This document shows positions 63,378-64,000 of a stretch of DNA of 64,000 nt, piece after piece. The DNA is taken from assembly GCA_028534125.1 (NCBI GenBank), contig CM052816.1, positions 70,372,001 to 70,436,000 on the forward strand, written 5' to 3'. Each line of letters opens with the position of its first letter. Positions within the stretch are counted from its first letter, which is position 1. Made by a program: the position numbers and the translations under genes. This DNA comes from Lama glama. Its lineage: Eukaryota. The notes under the pieces are model-generated. The model saw only the letters and a program-made list of their open reading frames with translations. It made no database searches and was not told the DNA's origin.

Positions 63378-64000
63378 CTAAATACACACAGGCACAGAGT
63401 CAGGTTATGAGGGCAAGAAAAATGAGCACACACATGTTCACAATTAAAGAAAACAGTCCATTCTCAATTATGCAGAATAGCCCTGTTTTGAGTTTTTAAG
63501 ACTCTTGCTTCTTCTCTTCTGTCCTAATTCTACTCTTAGCCCTTCTGCTGCTAAGAGATTTAAAAACTTGAGTTCGGTAAAAATCGGAAGCAGCAACTCT
63601 TAGTTAAGCTCATCAGTAATCTCATTCTTGATACACGACTATCTAATAAATATTTAGATGAGATGTCCAGTTTTAAATGCTCAAAAGATCCCTATGTCAG
63701 TACCCAGCTCTTGGGTTGTTGGCTATGTTACTCTAATTCCTATTGCCAAGACCTAAGGAGTCCTTAGATGTCCTGACCAAATCTCTGCAAGAGAATATTA
63801 TGACCTAGAATAGGAAGTGCCCAGGGCTGGCTGTCAGGAATGGAAAGGGGACTCTCTTACTTAGTCAGAACCTAACTCTACACTACAAAACACCCCTGAA
63901 ACCAAGCTCTTCAGCCTCTGGCCTAGCTGACTGTCAGAAGCTGCACTGCACATTGCACATAGAAGATGGTGCACAGATCACTCAGCAGTCATTAAAACCA

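Overview
Mammalian genomic DNA. A tRNA-derived SINE of the vic-1 type at ~35.0-35.1 kb points to a camelid (alpaca/llama/camel). The first ~24 kb is repeat-rich intergenic sequence (L1, L2, MIR, MLT LTRs, MER/Tigger DNA transposons). Next come a CpG-island promoter and the complete MOCS2 gene on the + strand (7 coding exons, 24826-33252). MOCS2 encodes both molybdopterin synthase subunits in overlapping frames: MOCS2A (88 aa, ends in GG) and MOCS2B (189 aa). Convergent with it on the - strand is the 3' part of ITGA2 (integrin alpha-2; 13 coding exons, about human exons 18-30, 63377 down to 42720, plus a long 3' UTR). All reconstructed exons have GT-AG boundaries and consistent phases. I found no convincing new gene or wholly novel system; the bicistronic MOCS2 design is unusual but known. 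The most interesting unverified signals are: a GTAAGT cryptic donor inside MOCS2 exon 2 that would turn MOCS2A into a short uORF; a frameshifting tandem donor at an ITGA2 exon; outward-facing CTCF motifs flanking MOCS2; a small promoter-like CpG patch at ~14 kb; and a rearranged L1/SINE composite. Comparisons with human proteins and repeat-family names are from memory and were not checked by alignment.
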